A stretch of 46,062 bases of DNA, from the IMG/VR virus record IMGVR_UViG_3300025034_000006; one strand, written 5' to 3'. This document shows positions 45,301-46,062 of the stretch, piece after piece. The notes under the pieces are model-generated. The model ran no database searches. It saw only the letters and a list, made by a program, of their open reading frames with translations, and was not told the DNA's origin. Both the position numbers and the translations under genes were made by a program. The DNA is from an uncultured virus (IMG/VR IMGVR_UViG_3300025034_000006). Lineage: Duplodnaviria; Heunggongvirae; Uroviricota; Caudoviricetes. How positions within the stretch are numbered: the stretch's first letter is position 1; the number at the start of each line of letters is the position of its first letter.

Positions 45301-46062
45301 GTTGATTCCTTAATCGCGGACGGAAGCACGTTCACGATCGATGAGAACCCGTGGAAATATGGTCAACGCTGGGAGCCCGGCGCTGAAATCACCTTCTCCG
45401 GACTGGGGGGGGGAAATATCTCAGCATCGTTTGATACGATGCCACGGAATGATTTTTACTTCTCAAGCTCTTCTGGATCACAGATCGTCAAGATCGATTT
45501 CGGATCGGGTGATACCAAGATCATTCAAGGGTTTCGCATTTTCCAAAATAACGGTGTTTCTCAGGGAACGTGGAGCTTCCAAGGGAGCAACGATGACGTT
45601 AACTGGGTAGACGTTGATGCTGGTTGGGACTGGACCCCTATCACTGTCGCCGGCCTTGTCTACCTTGAACGTGAGTTCGCCAATTTGGCGGCTTTCAGAT
45701 ATTATCGATTCACCAAGACAGCGGGAAGCACTTCCAACTCTCCCTACGTTAATTGGTTTCAGTTCCGCTACGCTCAGACCTATTTCAGCGGCGGTAATGG
45801 CGCTGTAGGGATCGACGACGAAGGCGTTGAGGTCGTCCCTGAGGCAGCCCGCATAAACTTCGTTGGTGCCGGGGTAACTGTCACTGACGCTGGTAGTGGT
45901 CAGGTAGAAGTCAACATCCCCGGTGGAGGCGGGGGCGGCGGCGGCGGCGCTGTGGCGATCGAAGATGAAGGGGTGGAAGTCATCTCCGAGGCTTCGCGCC
46001 TGAACTTTACCGGCGACGGTGTTACCGTTACCGATTCAGGTGCAGGTGAAGTCGAGATCAAC
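42364..46062 (+). CDS. Long tail fibre/receptor-binding protein, truncated by window end (at least 1233 aa)
   Basis: ATG 42364; frame open in the segments translated by hand, through the window end; fibre repeats (TDxPxxxxGxxGK), two discoidin/F5-8C-like domains, 11 tandem shaft repeats; absent from ORF track, consistent with no stop in window. Confidence 0.88.
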   Translation, partial: MPSTPILGITQVSTSQNGKETTINDAIIALENATNAKLAVSMAAGNVTLSVPEATRNFIFTAAGATEASELLFPIEVNGNPYNRVIVVRNVSGHGLTVRFVSGGGDTVTIPNGESRLISAADGLDMSVAAEPPSVITFLSLTDAPETFTGQTGKFLSVNETETALEFTDAAVFPTLAGNANRFLKVNSGATGVEWSEIDFAGAFTELSDTPASYAGQGGKLVRVNDLATGLEFVEASDAEAVNFQEASRWRILLLEPGVWPENPPGVEPGDPEFIEQTDQVGFGEVEFLDQDGIDLTGTGTATASNFLTGNEPSRAFNNNTDPADGWLTEATYVGEVWIEYDFGAPVAPRRVRLSSIDSFPQYGTTRFLIQYWDGSAWISLGDRSPAPWESGVPQTFKINGIPLDFLEEAPSNGSLYGRIDGEWLKINAEVVSDNTTTSNLDASQTFQYRRYINEGTKTLNIRANIDHPTPADGEWYVYVAVGAALSIVPAPGVTVNAPAGGSLIVPLNGTVRIKRVAVDVYDVFGDTVSSGGVGAEDIPPIIGNENKLLAVKPDASGIEWITPPVTYTDENARDALATALVAGTNVTIVNNDAANTITISAASIGLDAEQVRDTIGAALRAGTNLSWSINDAGDTITISTSALDAEGVRDTIGASLVAGANMAISVNDAANTISLAATMDTEVIQDIVADTLVAGSNTLITYDDVTGTITIDSLGGGGGGGLDAEQVRDVVGATLAAGNNITINVNDAADTITIDSTTDPEVVRDTISSALVAGSNVTIVHNDAANTITVSVAMDQEVIRDTIGSALVAGDGITITPNDAGNTITITATGGGGGGSTDPEIVRDVIGTALVAGANVTITVNDLGDTITIAASGGLDAEAVRDTIGATLVAGTNITVDVNDAANTITISSATNPETIRDTMASALVAGANITITPNDAADTITITAASDPEFVRDTIATALVAGSNILITHDDVANTITVDSLIADGSTFTIDENPWKYGQRWEPGAEITFSGLGGGNISASFDTMPRNDFYFSSSSGSQIVKIDFGSGDTKIIQGFRIFQNNGVSQGTWSFQGSNDDVNWVDVDAGWDWTPITVAGLVYLEREFANLAAFRYYRFTKTAGSTSNSPYVNWFQFRYAQTYFSGGNGAVGIDDEGVEVVPEAARINFVGAGVTVTDAGSGQVEVNIPGGGGGGGGGAVAIEDEGVEVISEASRLNFTGDGVTVTDSGAGEVEIN

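Overview
Part of a lytic siphovirus genome, all genes on the + strand, organised like the phiCbK-type phages of Alphaproteobacteria (DUF4055 portal, GTA-like tail-tip genes). Host assignment is an inference. Region 1-14.3 kb is an array of about 26 self-contained early cassettes. Each typically runs terminator hairpin, GTAA-N7-TTAA(CC/GG)TTAAC, GTGGAAAAAGTGC-TTGACC-GAATC-N12-TAGAAA-C-GAATCA, GGAGA RBS, then 1-3 small genes. An exact 1526-bp duplication ends inside this promoter repeat. The promoters carry CtrA-like boxes and CcrM/GcrA-type GANTC sites, and the cassettes encode a SciP (CtrA-inhibitor) homologue and an ArfA-like peptide, suggesting a phage system that reads and rewires the host cell-cycle circuit. 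After a repeat-rich non-coding junction (14.3-14.9 kb) come phoH, a CarF/TMEM189 lipid desaturase, a candidate structured ncRNA and the virion module. That module comprises portal, scaffold, capsid, HNH, neck, tail tube, -1 frameshifted chaperone, tape measure, Dit/hub/NlpC-P60, two paralogous tail-tip modules and a repeat-rich fibre running off the window. Family calls come from motif recognition by eye; no database search or folding program was run.
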